Part shown: positions 8,075 through 17,841 of the stretch, piece after piece
How the letters are laid out: every line of letters starts with the position of its first letter
Position numbering within the stretch: position 1 is the first letter of the stretch
Assembly (NCBI RefSeq): GCF_001465295.1
Contig: NZ_CP011035.1
Coordinates: forward strand, 210,001-242,000
Direction of reading: 5' to 3'
Origin: Pseudoalteromonas translucida KMM 520
GTDB lineage: Bacteria; Pseudomonadota; Gammaproteobacteria; Enterobacterales; Alteromonadaceae
Length of the DNA stretch: 32,000 nucleotides
The notes under the pieces: generated by a model
Seen by the model: the letters and a program-made list of their open reading frames with translations, nothing else
Told to the model about the DNA's origin: nothing
Database searches by the model: none
Translations under genes and position numbers: made by a program

Positions 8075-10411
8075 TTAGAAACTAATTTTTAGATCAACGC
8101 CCCAAAAGCGTCCTTCGTTTACTACTCCGCCTAGGTTATTGATAGTTAAACCGGCCACTAAGGATGTTTCATCGGTGATATTTCGACCATAAGCCGCCAC
8201 TTCAAGATCGTAATCATTAACATACCAGTTATAACCTACACGTATGCCACCTTCTAAATAAGGGTCTTGATGCATTTCAACCGCATTAATTAACGAAAAT
8301 TGTACTTCACTGGCGTAAGACCAATCGGTATAGGCATAAAACTCTCCATCACCCAATTCTGTGCTGTAACGCAACGTAAAGTTACTAATCCACTCTGGCG
8401 CGCGTGGCAAAGATAAGCCATCGACACCAATTAACCCATTTGCATCCACTGGGTTACGTACGGTACAAAAATTACAAGTGGCAATAGCGGCGTTTTTATC
8501 TTTAATTTCAGTATTGTTATAACTAATACCTAAAGTGGTTAATAAGTTGGCTGTTATTGCGTACTCTGCTTCAACTTCGAAGCCATAACCCACGGTTTTA
8601 TCTATATTCAATAACTCTTTAGCGGCACCTTCATCAAAAGAAGATTGCGCAGTCATTTGCTGGTCATCCATTTGAAAATAGAAAATACCTAGATTAACGC
8701 GTGCTGCACCATCGAGTACATCCGATTTCGTACCAATTTCTATCGAATGAATCGTTTCTGAATCAGCAATGCTTAATTTAGGATCGCTACCACTGATCAC
8801 GCGCCCTTGAATACTTGGGGCCCTGAAGCCATTAGCAATGCGGCTATAAAAGTTAGTGTCGTTTGAGTATTTATAGGTTGCGCTTAAATCCCAGCTAATG
8901 GCTGAGTCTTCGGTGTTGGCGTATAACGGGTCAAAAAAATCACCATCTCTGCCGGTTGCAATAATACGTTGAGCAACATACTCTTTTTTGTCTTTTGAAA
9001 AACGCAGACCCGCGGTCACGTTTAGCGCGTCAGTAACATCATAATCACCAGAGACAAATAATGCCCAAGCATCGGTTTGTTGATTCTGTTGTAAATAGCG
9101 TTTAACGCTGCCATCTTCATTATAATGAAGAGTATCAATATCAAGATCTTCGCTGAAAAAGAAAGCCCCAACTTGATAATCAAATCGACCTAATTCATTC
9201 GATGCCATACGGAATTCTTGCGAAAATTGACTGTGATCTGGAATACCGTCAGCACTTTCTATTGAAAAAGATGGCACTGTGCCCAATTCGCCGGTGTAAC
9301 CTGAAGGATCGCTAAAACTACTGACTCGGTAACCGCCATCAACGTCAGCATGTGAGAACATTTTTACCGTTTCGTAGCCTGTGACTGAGGTATAACTATA
9401 ATCATTGGCGACATATTCCAACTTTATACTGCCGCCATTAACTTTAACATTTTGGGTTGAACGCTGAGCAGCATCATGGTAGACAACATTTCGGTCAAAA
9501 CCATCTTGAAAATCATTGGTTCCCGGTTTAATCGCACTCGCACGGAACACCGTAGGGGTACCGTCTAAATCACGGGTGTGATAATTAAATAATGCAGAGA
9601 AGTCCTGATTTGGCTCATATAACACCTGTACTCTTGCGGCTTGATCGTCATAGCCACCTAAAATATCTTGTTCTTCAAAACCAGGTGCTTCGGTGCTGAT
9701 ATAATCATCACGGGTTTGATTTAATAAAGAAACACGTACTGACACAGTGTCGGTTAACCCGCCGCTTAATGCGCCTTGTGTCGATACGGTATTTAACGAA
9801 CCATAAGAGGCAGAAAAATAGCCTTCAACATCTTGGGTTGGGCGTTTAGAGGTAAATTTAACTAATCCTGCAGGCGTATTACGACCAAATAGTGTGCCTT
9901 GAGGACCACGTAATACTTCAACACTTTCAGTATCAAATACTGGGAAGCCTTTTAAGATAGGATTTTCTTGGACGATATCATCATAAATAACAGAAACGGG
10001 TTGAGAAGCGTTTAAATCAAAATCTTGATTACCTAAACCACGCATATAAAAGCGCGGAAAAGAGCGACCAAATGAAGATTCAATTTTTAAACTCGGTATA
10101 CGTGCTGACATAAAACGAATATCTGCACCATTTGCCGTTGCGCTATCTAATAAATCACCTTTCATTACAGAAACGGAAATAGGGACTTCTTGTAAGTTTT
10201 GTGAGCGACGCTGGGCGGTAACAATTACCTTTTCGATACCGGCTGTTTTATTAGCGGCATTGTTTTTGTTGGAACGCGTTGACTTTTGTTCCGATGAGGC
10301 CGTTTTTATGTTTTCGTCTACATTTTCTTCACCATTCGCTTCAGCAGCGAATGTTAAATTGCTAGTGAGGGATAACATCATTGAGAGTATAATTGGCTTT
10401 TTTTTCCACAT
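8075..10411 (-). CDS. TonB-dependent outer-membrane receptor, substrate unknown
   Basis: 778 aa. Signal peptide ending FAAEA. Plug-domain start IEKVIVTAQRR. Typical barrel repeats. C-terminal ...DLKISF with a terminal aromatic residue. Confidence 0.9.
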   Translation of the reverse strand: MWKKKPIILSMMLSLTSNLTFAAEANGEENVDENIKTASSEQKSTRSNKNNAANKTAGIEKVIVTAQRRSQNLQEVPISVSVMKGDLLDSATANGADIRFMSARIPSLKIESSFGRSFPRFYMRGLGNQDFDLNASQPVSVIYDDIVQENPILKGFPVFDTESVEVLRGPQGTLFGRNTPAGLVKFTSKRPTQDVEGYFSASYGSLNTVSTQGALSGGLTDTVSVRVSLLNQTRDDYISTEAPGFEEQDILGGYDDQAARVQVLYEPNQDFSALFNYHTRDLDGTPTVFRASAIKPGTNDFQDGFDRNVVYHDAAQRSTQNVKVNGGSIKLEYVANDYSYTSVTGYETVKMFSHADVDGGYRVSSFSDPSGYTGELGTVPSFSIESADGIPDHSQFSQEFRMASNELGRFDYQVGAFFFSEDLDIDTLHYNEDGSVKRYLQQNQQTDAWALFVSGDYDVTDALNVTAGLRFSKDKKEYVAQRIIATGRDGDFFDPLYANTEDSAISWDLSATYKYSNDTNFYSRIANGFRAPSIQGRVISGSDPKLSIADSETIHSIEIGTKSDVLDGAARVNLGIFYFQMDDQQMTAQSSFDEGAAKELLNIDKTVGYGFEVEAEYAITANLLTTLGISYNNTEIKDKNAAIATCNFCTVRNPVDANGLIGVDGLSLPRAPEWISNFTLRYSTELGDGEFYAYTDWSYASEVQFSLINAVEMHQDPYLEGGIRVGYNWYVNDYDLEVAAYGRNITDETSLVAGLTINNLGGVVNEGRFWGVDLKISF

Positions 10412-10910
10412 GGGTATTTAGGCTCCTATCGCCATTTTATGTTGTATAAATTTAACTAATTTGAATTCTGGATAATAAATCTATCCCAGCCGTTTTTTCA
10501 ACGTTAACTGTGCTGAACTAACTGGCAATAGCTTCGCTATTAACAGATAAATCAGCCTTGTTATCCTTAAAAATCTCTACACCAGAGTTCAGGTTAATTT
10601 TTATCTACGCATCAGTTCAGCGTAACCGCCCGGCAAGATTTTCTGCGGGCAGAGTAATATGAAATTGAATTTATTTTCGCAGTCTAGCTATTTCTTGATT
10701 GTATGCCGCTGCAGCGGTAATTAACCGCTCTGCTACCAAATACTTTTGATAACATTACATATGCTAGCGGCAAGCTTGCTTGTTAATTACCGAGGGTGCA
10801 AACGCTTCATCATTAAACCGTGACAGTTCTAAGTACAGCTAGAAGAAAAACAACGCGTGGTACTGCCTTTTATTAAGTAACTAAGTTGAGATGCTTAGTT
10901 TACAATTATT

Positions 10911-11717
10911 TCATAAATCAGGGAAATGGCCATAGGCTTCATTTATTTGATAGTTTTGCTGACTGACCCAGGTAAAGTAATCTTTATTAGCTAATAAACT
11001 GGCAGCATCGTTGTCGATCATCACTATCGCGTTTTTATGCATTTGTAAAATTGACGCCGGGCAACTTGCCGAAAGTGGGCCGTTTACCATGTCATTTACC
11101 GCTTGTGCTTTATTTTTACCTGTGGCGATTAATAACACATACTTAGCGTCCATTATGGTAGCAATACCCATGGTCATCGCCATTTTTGGTTGTTGCTCAT
11201 CGTCTGAAAACATTCTGCTGTTGTCTGATACGGTTTGCTCAGTTAGCGATTTGATCCGGGTGCGAGATGCAAAGCTTGATGAGGGTTCATTAAAGCCAAT
11301 ATGGCCATTGCCGCCAATGCCTAAAAGTTGCAGATCTAAGCCTCCGAGCGCCGCTATTTGCTGCTCAAAATGTTCACCTTGTTTTCTAGGATCTTGTTTG
11401 GCGTTACAAGTTGGTAAATGGGTATTGTTTTTATCTATATCTATGTGATTGAACAGTTGGCTGTTCATAAAGTAACGGTAGCTATTACTATTATTTTCAT
11501 CGATATCGTAATACTCATCTAAATTAAATGTATTTACCTGAGCAAAACTAATATGCTTATTTTTATACATCGATACTAGCTGCTTATATAAATCAATAGG
11601 CGTGCTACCTGTAGCTAGGCCTATATTTGCATTGCTTTTTGCTAAAATTAACTTTTGTAGCAACGTTGCTGCATTTTCAGCAACAGCTTTTTTATCATCA
11701 AATATAAGTACTTGCAT
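10911..11717 (-). CDS. nagB: Glucosamine-6-phosphate deaminase
   Basis: 268 aa, colinear with E. coli NagB (GLATGSTP, FNLDEY, GIGGNGHIGFNEP, SRTRIK). Last gene of the nan operon. Confidence 0.95.
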   Translation of the reverse strand: MQVLIFDDKKAVAENAATLLQKLILAKSNANIGLATGSTPIDLYKQLVSMYKNKHISFAQVNTFNLDEYYDIDENNSNSYRYFMNSQLFNHIDIDKNNTHLPTCNAKQDPRKQGEHFEQQIAALGGLDLQLLGIGGNGHIGFNEPSSSFASRTRIKSLTEQTVSDNSRMFSDDEQQPKMAMTMGIATIMDAKYVLLIATGKNKAQAVNDMVNGPLSASCPASILQMHKNAIVMIDNDAASLLANKDYFTWVSQQNYQINEAYGHFPDL

Positions 11718-11718
11718 T

Positions 11719-12594
11719 TTACTTCTCTATTAATTGATTTTTAGCGTAGTGATGCACACCGATTAAATCGGCATCTGCACCCGATACCGGCTGTAACAAG
11801 GTTACTTGATAAATTGCCGGTGCTTGTTGAATTTTTTCAGCTACTTTATTAAAAAACAATGCTGACAAACCCACACTGCCTCCAATAACAACCATTTCAT
11901 TGCCAAATGTGGCTTTCATATTAAATATCAGCTCGGCCACGGCCGATGCGGCATTATCAATAATTTCGGCTACTTCAGGATGCTCAGCGTAGTTTGTAAA
12001 TACGTCTTTTGCATTGAGTGTTTTACCCAGTGCTTTGCTGGCGTGTTTAGCAATAGCAGTGCCTGAGGCAATTGACTCAACACAGTTTTTTCTGCCGCAG
12101 TGGCAGCTGTAGTTATGGTTTGATTGAATATGTACCGTGGTGTGGCCTAGGTGGGCACAAAACCCATCGGCGCAGGTGATTATTTGGTCGTTAAATACAA
12201 TGCCTGCACCCACTCCTGTTGATACGGTAATGTAAATAAAGTTTTTATATTTTACCTGCTCATTTACCGTGTATTCAGCCCAAGCGGCTGCAGAGGCATC
12301 GTTAATTATAGTGACGGGTAGGTTAGTTAGGCTTTCTAACTGTGCTTTTAATGGTAATTTACGACGCACAGATAAAAAATTCACAAATTCTGCGCTAACT
12401 TGGCCTGTGCAAGCAATATTAATTGCGCTGGCTTGAGGTACCCACTTTTCAATTACGGTATAAACGTATGCCGCTAAGTCATCAATATTAGTATGTATAA
12501 TAGAGTCAACTTTTAATGAATTAACGATTTGGTCATTATCAATAAGTGCGCAGGCTATTTTGGTGCCGCCAATATCAATGGCAATATTCATCAT
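11719..12594 (-). CDS. nanK: N-acetylmannosamine kinase (ROK family)
   Basis: 291 aa, the same length as E. coli NanK. Motifs IAIDIGGTKIA, NDASAAAWAE and ITVSTGVGAG, plus the ROK zinc motif CHCGRKNCVE. The start overlaps the nanE stop (TAATG). Confidence 0.9.
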   Translation of the reverse strand: MMNIAIDIGGTKIACALIDNDQIVNSLKVDSIIHTNIDDLAAYVYTVIEKWVPQASAINIACTGQVSAEFVNFLSVRRKLPLKAQLESLTNLPVTIINDASAAAWAEYTVNEQVKYKNFIYITVSTGVGAGIVFNDQIITCADGFCAHLGHTTVHIQSNHNYSCHCGRKNCVESIASGTAIAKHASKALGKTLNAKDVFTNYAEHPEVAEIIDNAASAVAELIFNMKATFGNEMVVIGGSVGLSALFFNKVAEKIQQAPAIYQVTLLQPVSGADADLIGVHHYAKNQLIEK

Positions 12595-13301
12595 TAAATA
12601 TCACTCTTTGCATTGTTAATACTTTGCACAAACCACCCAGTTATATGCTCAAGGCGGGTAATTGCCGAGCCAACAGTAACGCACAATGCACCGAGTTCAA
12701 TTGCTTTTGCAGCGCGCTCAGGCGAGTTGTAGCGCCCTTCGGCAATTACTTTTATACCAGCACTGACTAAGTCACTTACTAATTGATAGTCGGGTTCGTT
12801 AGGGGTTGTACTTAAATCTAAATAACCAGATAGCGTACTGCCAATAAAGGTACAGCCCGCGTCATGTAAAAACTTGCCGCCAGCAAGGTCAGCGCAGTCG
12901 GCCATAGCAATACAGCCGTGTTCGTGGATGGTGTTTAACAGAGTTAGCCTATCTACTGGGCGAGGTCTATCTGTGCCATCAAACGCGATAATAGTTGCGC
13001 CGGCTTCGGCCAGGCCAATAACGTCTTCAACAAAAGGGGTTATGCGCACCTCAGTATCAGTAAGGTCGCGTTTAACAATGCCTACAATAGGAATATTGCT
13101 TACTTTTGCGACCGCACGTACATTTTCAATGCCTTCAATTCTTAGTGCTTTTGCACCCCCAGCTACGGTTGCTAATGCCATAGCAACAATATGCTCAACT
13201 TTATCCATAGGACCATCGTCAAGAGGCTGGCATGATGCAATTAAGCTACTTTGCAAATGGTTTACTAAAAAACTCTCTAACTCTATATTTTTATTTGACA
13301 T
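12594..13301 (-). CDS. nanE: N-acetylmannosamine-6-phosphate 2-epimerase
   Basis: 235 aa. Strong colinear resemblance to E. coli NanE: LIASCQPLDDGPMD, IVGIVKRDL, AFDGTDRPRP, IAEGRYNSP, VTVGSAITRLEHI. Confidence 0.95.
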   Translation of the reverse strand: MSNKNIELESFLVNHLQSSLIASCQPLDDGPMDKVEHIVAMALATVAGGAKALRIEGIENVRAVAKVSNIPIVGIVKRDLTDTEVRITPFVEDVIGLAEAGATIIAFDGTDRPRPVDRLTLLNTIHEHGCIAMADCADLAGGKFLHDAGCTFIGSTLSGYLDLSTTPNEPDYQLVSDLVSAGIKVIAEGRYNSPERAAKAIELGALCVTVGSAITRLEHITGWFVQSINNAKSDI

Positions 13302-13320
13302 ATTTTGCTCTTAAATTTGG

Positions 13321-15759
13321 TTATTGGTTCATTGTATATAAGGTTAATTTTGAAAGATCTTTATTGTGTGCAGGGAATAATAAACTAACTAAGTAGCCAA
13401 CAATTAAGCAGGTTAAAATACCTATTGTTCCGTAAAGGTAGCCATTAGCCCAGCCATATTTCCATGCTGAAATCATTAAGCTCACCCCTGAGATTATACC
13501 TACTATAGCGCCTACAGAGTTAGCACGTTTGGTTAATGCGCCAAGTATAAATATGCCACCTAATGCACCCATAAACATACCAATTACTTTAAAATAAGCT
13601 TCCATTAGTGAGCGTATTTCAGGGTCGATAAATATTAATCCAACTAAGGTGCCTAATACGCCAGAAATAAAAGTAAGGATGCGCGCTAAGCTCATATAAG
13701 ACTTCTCAGATTTGGCTAAATTAAAAGGTCGTACAAAGTCGGTTAATACCGTAGTGGCAATAGAGTTCATGCTGGTTGAAACCGTTGACTGCGCTGCTGC
13801 AAAAATACCTGCAATAATGAGTCCGGCTAAACCCATTGGTAGTTCATTTGAGATAAACGTAGGGAAAATTTGATCAATTTGAATGGTTGGATCGAGTTTT
13901 TCAGGGTTAAGTTGGTAAAAAGCGTATAAGCCTGTACCAATACAGAAAAACAATAACGCGCCCGGTGCCGCTAATATGGCATTAGCCCAAATAGATTTAA
14001 CCGCTGAGGCAGGATCTTTGGTTACCATGTATCTTTGCACAACGGCTTGATCTGCAGTGTAGCTCGATAAATTTTGCCCAATACCACCCAGCACAATAAC
14101 CCAAATAGATAAGCTAGTAATACTCTCAAGGCTAAAGTCGTTATTAACTATGGTAAATTTATCGTCAGCAAAACCAATTTGTATAAAGCTATTAAAGCCA
14201 TCATCGAGGCCAGCAATAATTACAGCAAAACACACAACAGCGCCAATAAGTAATACTACGGTTTGAATAGTATCAGTCCAAATAACGGCTTCAACACCAC
14301 CCAGTGTGCAATATAATAAACAAAGCATTCCCATAATAAGCACGCTATCAGAGGCACTAAGAGGGGTTACCGCCGACAAAGCCAACGCGGTTAATGCCAT
14401 AACAATACCCATACGGCCAATATGAAATAAGGTGAATAAGCCACTGGCAAAAAGTCGTACCGGCATATTAAATCTTTTTGATAAAAACTCATATGCACTG
14501 GTTGCATCTAGCTGTCTAAAAAAGGGAATTGCTACATATACAGCAATAGGCGCTACTGCAATTATCATCCAAATACCAATAAGCAGTACCCAGTTAGTTT
14601 GATAAACAATGGCCGGAAGGGCGATGTAAGTTAACGAGCTTAACATAGTGGCATAAATAGAGCAGGCTGCAGCCCACCAAGGTATTGACTGCCCACCTCT
14701 AAAGTAATCGTTGGTGTTTTTATTTTTAAACATAAAATATAAACCAACCATGACCACAGAGAGTAAGTAAATCACTAAAACCAGCATGTTTTGCCAGCCA
14801 AAATCGCGGGCTGTATTACTAATTTCACCTTTAATTAAAACGGTATTGTTAGTATTTAACTCTGTTACTACTGCATAAGAGTGTTGCTGAGCCTGAGTTA
14901 TTTTATGAAAACGATAGTCTGACTTATTGTAATTAGACCACGCTTTAGTGATGGTATTGTATGACAAGGTTTTGCCACCTTGAGTCACTACCATAATATG
15001 AGATTGACCCAGAGGAGAGGCAAATACGAGCTTATCAATATCTACCAGCTCAGTGGGGTTACTACTTATTACGGTTAACCATGAATTTGTAGCTTCATCA
15101 AACTCGTGTAATAAAAGTTTAGAATTAGAGTTGCTGCTTTGCTCTGCGCCTTGTTGTGAAATAGCGTAAATGCGGTTTTCGTTGCCATCATTTTGCACCA
15201 CAAGTTCACTGTTAATAATGTTTAGATCTGTAAATAATGCTGCATTGAGTGGTGTCCACTGTTGCTGGTCATTATTTAGGGCTATTTTAAAAAAGTACCA
15301 CTGCTTATCAAAACCAGTAATGTACACGTTTTGCCCAAATACTTGCGCACTTACTTTACTAAACGAACGAGGTAAATTAGCTAACTGTTTTGAAACAATA
15401 TTTTGAGATTCATCATGCCATTCTAAAACATTAACACGTGTAGATTTAACCCCATTAACTAAGCCGCCTAGCACAATTGTTTTGTTATTGTGCTGCACTG
15501 TAATTGCTTGCGCTCTATTACCATCAATAGGTTTGAAGTTTAATACAGTACTTATTTCATGTGTTGCTAGGTCTAGCTTATTTAATTTGGCAAAGTCGGT
15601 ACTTGAAATAAACAAAGCGTCATTTGTTAAAAAATAGAAAGAATCTTTATTTATAGGTAGGTGGTTAGCGTTACTTTTAATAACGCTCCAATCAAGCTGT
15701 GTTTTAGCAAATGTATTGCATGATGTTAAAAGTAATAAAAAAATTATAATTATTCTCAT
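13321..15759 (-). CDS. Fusion protein: N-terminal periplasmic Kelch/NanM-like beta-propeller (~320 aa) plus a C-terminal sodium:solute symporter (SSS, SiaT-like sialic acid transporter)
   Basis: 812 aa. Signal peptide MRIIIIFLLLLTSCNTFA. Blade-like repeats (TIVLGGLVNG, NVYITGF, QQWTPL, NSWLTV, KAWSNY). From ~aa 325 a polytopic SSS core follows (NDYFRGGQSIPWW...). First gene of the nanE-nanK-nagB operon. The in-frame TAG 20 codons upstream leaves only this ATG as a start. Confidence 0.85.
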   Translation of the reverse strand: MRIIIIFLLLLTSCNTFAKTQLDWSVIKSNANHLPINKDSFYFLTNDALFISSTDFAKLNKLDLATHEISTVLNFKPIDGNRAQAITVQHNNKTIVLGGLVNGVKSTRVNVLEWHDESQNIVSKQLANLPRSFSKVSAQVFGQNVYITGFDKQWYFFKIALNNDQQQWTPLNAALFTDLNIINSELVVQNDGNENRIYAISQQGAEQSSNSNSKLLLHEFDEATNSWLTVISSNPTELVDIDKLVFASPLGQSHIMVVTQGGKTLSYNTITKAWSNYNKSDYRFHKITQAQQHSYAVVTELNTNNTVLIKGEISNTARDFGWQNMLVLVIYLLSVVMVGLYFMFKNKNTNDYFRGGQSIPWWAAACSIYATMLSSLTYIALPAIVYQTNWVLLIGIWMIIAVAPIAVYVAIPFFRQLDATSAYEFLSKRFNMPVRLFASGLFTLFHIGRMGIVMALTALALSAVTPLSASDSVLIMGMLCLLYCTLGGVEAVIWTDTIQTVVLLIGAVVCFAVIIAGLDDGFNSFIQIGFADDKFTIVNNDFSLESITSLSIWVIVLGGIGQNLSSYTADQAVVQRYMVTKDPASAVKSIWANAILAAPGALLFFCIGTGLYAFYQLNPEKLDPTIQIDQIFPTFISNELPMGLAGLIIAGIFAAAQSTVSTSMNSIATTVLTDFVRPFNLAKSEKSYMSLARILTFISGVLGTLVGLIFIDPEIRSLMEAYFKVIGMFMGALGGIFILGALTKRANSVGAIVGIISGVSLMISAWKYGWANGYLYGTIGILTCLIVGYLVSLLFPAHNKDLSKLTLYTMNQ

Positions 15760-15769
15760 AGTGCAACTG

Positions 15770-15801
15770 TATACCTGTTTGTGGTGTATACCTGTTATAC
15801 C
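15770..15801 (-). promoter_or_regulatory. NanR operator (GGTATA repeats) upstream of the fusion-transporter/nanEK/nagB operon
   Basis: The minus strand reads GGTATA-ACA-GGTATA-CACCACAAACA-GGTATA (hexamers at 15796-15801, 15787-15792 and 15770-15775). The first 15 nt match the E. coli nanA operator core GGTATAACAGGTATA. Confidence 0.8.
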
Positions 15802-15843
15802 ACTTGGCGTGTGGGAAATCTATAAATTTAACATTTGCGACAC

Positions 15844-15869
15844 AAAAAAAGGCTAAGTTTAGCCTTTTT
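15844..15869 (-). terminator. Bidirectional-looking intrinsic terminator downstream of nanR
   Basis: Stem GGCTA/TAGCC (15851-15855 and 15860-15864), extended by a flanking A7 run and T5 run. On the minus strand the hairpin is followed by TTTTTTT. Confidence 0.55.
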
Positions 15870-15905
15870 ATAATATCTATCGTTTAATTGATTATACTTA
15901 AAGTA

Positions 15906-16610
15906 TTAGTCGTAATAATTATCAAAAACATAATCTATATGGGCAGAAAGCTTTGCGTCAGCTCCCTCTACATCACCATTTTTTATACACTCAAAAATAG
16001 CAACATGGTCGTTATAACTTTGCTTATTTAATTCCACGGTATTAACGCGCTCGGGGCGAGCATCAATTAACCAGTCCATTAACGCTTGGTGTACAGCTAA
16101 AAATATTGGATTACCTGGAATAGAGGCAATCACCCGGTGGAAGTAAATATCTGTTTTTCTAAACTGGGTGTCGCTATTAATAGATTTGCTATTTAACTCA
16201 AGCGCTTCACCTAGTTCTTTTATTTGGCTAGGTGTTGCAGATGATGCGGCGTAGCGCACTAAGCTAGATTCAAAAAATCGTCTTAACTGGTCAAAATATT
16301 TTAAACCATTAGGCTGGGTAAGAAAATCCTTTGACATACCCGACAACTCAGAAATAATGGTGTCGGCTGAAGGGCGTGTTACCCTAGTTCTTTCACCGCT
16401 ACTTATTTTAACCAAGCCTTTACGTGCTAGTGCCGCTAAAGCATCCCTGATCGAAGGTCTACCGACGCCAAATGCAGCCATAAGATCTCGCTCAGAAGGC
16501 AGTGCATCACCTTCTGAAATTTCACCTTGACGGATCATGCGTTCGAGCTCTTCTTCAACCGTTTCTGACAACTTTTTGCGTTCGACAGGGCGCGTAATTT
16601 TTAATGACAT
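15906..16610 (-). CDS. nanR: GntR/FadR-family transcriptional regulator NanR (sialic acid regulon repressor)
   Basis: 234 aa. Extended colinear resemblance to E. coli NanR: [95 protein letters not shown]. Confidence 0.93.
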   Translation of the reverse strand: MSLKITRPVERKKLSETVEEELERMIRQGEISEGDALPSERDLMAAFGVGRPSIRDALAALARKGLVKISSGERTRVTRPSADTIISELSGMSKDFLTQPNGLKYFDQLRRFFESSLVRYAASSATPSQIKELGEALELNSKSINSDTQFRKTDIYFHRVIASIPGNPIFLAVHQALMDWLIDARPERVNTVELNKQSYNDHVAIFECIKNGDVEGADAKLSAHIDYVFDNYYD

Positions 16611-16695
16611 TTAAAACCTATTAAATGGTTAGCTATTTGCCTATTGTACCATAAAACAATCAATTGACTAATATTCTCCAAAACTAGCGATATGG

Positions 16696-17658
16696 CTAGT
16701 CTATGGCAGTTTTTATCATAGCCAATGTGTTTTGTATGTATTGTATTCTACTCGCTAGCGGTTGCTGATGTGGCAAAATAGAGATTTTACAGCCTACAAA
16801 ATCTAATTTAGCACTTTGTTGTAATTGCATACATTTTTTAATTTCATGCTCACTCAACTCTGAATCTTTATTATTTAGCTGATCAAAATCATTCATAATA
16901 GGGGGCATATGGCTATCTTTCCAAGCGCCATATAAAGCCGATGTGCTGCTTGCCCCTGAGAATATCAGCCCTGAGAGCAAGTTTTCGTTTATGCAAAGCT
17001 GCATATGATGCAGTGGCCCGGTTGCGCTTTGAGCCTCAATGGCTGAGCGTCCCCAGTTAATAGTGATGCCTAATTTATTATTTGCCTGTTTATTAACAGT
17101 CGCTATAGCTAAAAGCTCGTCTTCAATGCGCATAAACCCTTTTTCACTGGATTGGTTTTGCATATATGCATCGCAATGTTCAATAATTAATTTAGCGCCA
17201 TGCCAATCCCAGCTTTGCAGCTCATTAAGTGACTTTACTAATGCACTGACAGAAGAGGAGGTATTAGGCGTAATTGCAGGGGCAGTATGAATTTGTATAT
17301 GACTTACCACTTGTTTATTAAAGTGGCTATTTAACTTGGCTATTTCCGTATTGGCTTGTTGATAAAAAGCTAATGCATTAAGTCGACCAGCCTCGTTATC
17401 AGAAGCGATACCAAAGTGCGGATCTTTTGCCAACTCCCCCATAGTCCCTGGTATGCAGGTAATAACATAGCACCAGTTTTTATCAAGTTGATTGTAAAAC
17501 CAGTCATTATCATATTTATGCAGCTTGCCAGTAAAGGGCACTTCTAAACCATCTATTAAGGTATTGTTTTTTAGTTGTTGATAAAATAAATGCTCAGTTT
17601 CTTTATCCCAGCTCGCATCTGAAGGCACAGATGCATAAGCCCCTACAATTATTTTCAT
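16696..17658 (-). CDS. Uncharacterised ~320-aa protein in the NanR regulon (possibly a TIM-barrel-type enzyme); family not recognised
   Basis: The track ORF starts at a TTG (17679). The ATG at 17658 (MKIIVGAYAS...) has AAAGGA upstream and is preferred. No signal peptide. Lies immediately upstream of nanR and is transcribed from the NanR-operator-bearing divergent promoter. Confidence 0.7.
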   Translation of the reverse strand: MKIIVGAYASVPSDASWDKETEHLFYQQLKNNTLIDGLEVPFTGKLHKYDNDWFYNQLDKNWCYVITCIPGTMGELAKDPHFGIASDNEAGRLNALAFYQQANTEIAKLNSHFNKQVVSHIQIHTAPAITPNTSSSVSALVKSLNELQSWDWHGAKLIIEHCDAYMQNQSSEKGFMRIEDELLAIATVNKQANNKLGITINWGRSAIEAQSATGPLHHMQLCINENLLSGLIFSGASSTSALYGAWKDSHMPPIMNDFDQLNNKDSELSEHEIKKCMQLQQSAKLDFVGCKISILPHQQPLASRIQYIQNTLAMIKTAID

Positions 17659-17770
17659 ATTAATCCTTTTAAGCTGCAATTTAGCGCCAGTAGCATAGTG
17701 ATCATCGTTTTAGTCTTAAAGTGGCTTAAATAACCATATTAAAATACTAAGGTTTTAATGTATATTGGTG

Positions 17771-17783
17771 TAGCTGTTATACC
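17771..17783. promoter_or_regulatory. NanR operator (one perfect and one degenerate repeat) in the divergent promoter region
   Basis: The minus strand reads GGTATA-ACA-GCTACA and contains the shared 10-mer CTGTTATACC (17774-17783). It lies 113 nt from the 17658 start and 59 nt from the 17842 start. Confidence 0.65.
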
Positions 17784-17841
17784 AGTAGTGTGTCTGCAAA
17801 ACAACTTCTGAATTTTTTAAATTAACTATTTAGGCTCAAAA

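Noticed and set aside
10869-10882. 14-mer TTTATTAAGTAACT shared between 10869-10882 and 30268-30281
   Set aside because: Both copies are in AT-rich intergenic DNA. One or two chance 14-mer matches are expected in 32 kb when both strands are counted, and the flanks show no similarity.
10412-10910. Possible cobalamin or TPP riboswitch in the long leader of the 778-aa TonB-dependent receptor
   Set aside because: I read the reverse complement looking for the B12 box and for the TPP CTGAGA...ACCCTTTGAACCTGA core. Only a loose AACCTGAACTCTGG resemblance turned up. That is not enough to call any class, so the region is kept only as an unexplained leader to be scanned with Rfam.
11011-13314. Plus-strand ORFs 11011-11448, 12546-12770 and 12874-13314, overlapping nagB, nanK and nanE
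   Set aside because: They lie wholly antisense to genes with strong ortholog resemblance. Their translations are low-complexity (Ser/Ala/Pro/Cys-rich) and no RBS is evident. They are typical shadow ORFs.
16635-16650. Possible fifth, autoregulatory NanR site (minus strand GGTACA-ATA-GGCAAA) overlapping a TACAAT -10-like hexamer upstream of nanR
   Set aside because: Only about 9 of 12 hexamer positions match and the shared CTGTTATACC 10-mer is missing. The site is too degenerate to call from sequence alone.
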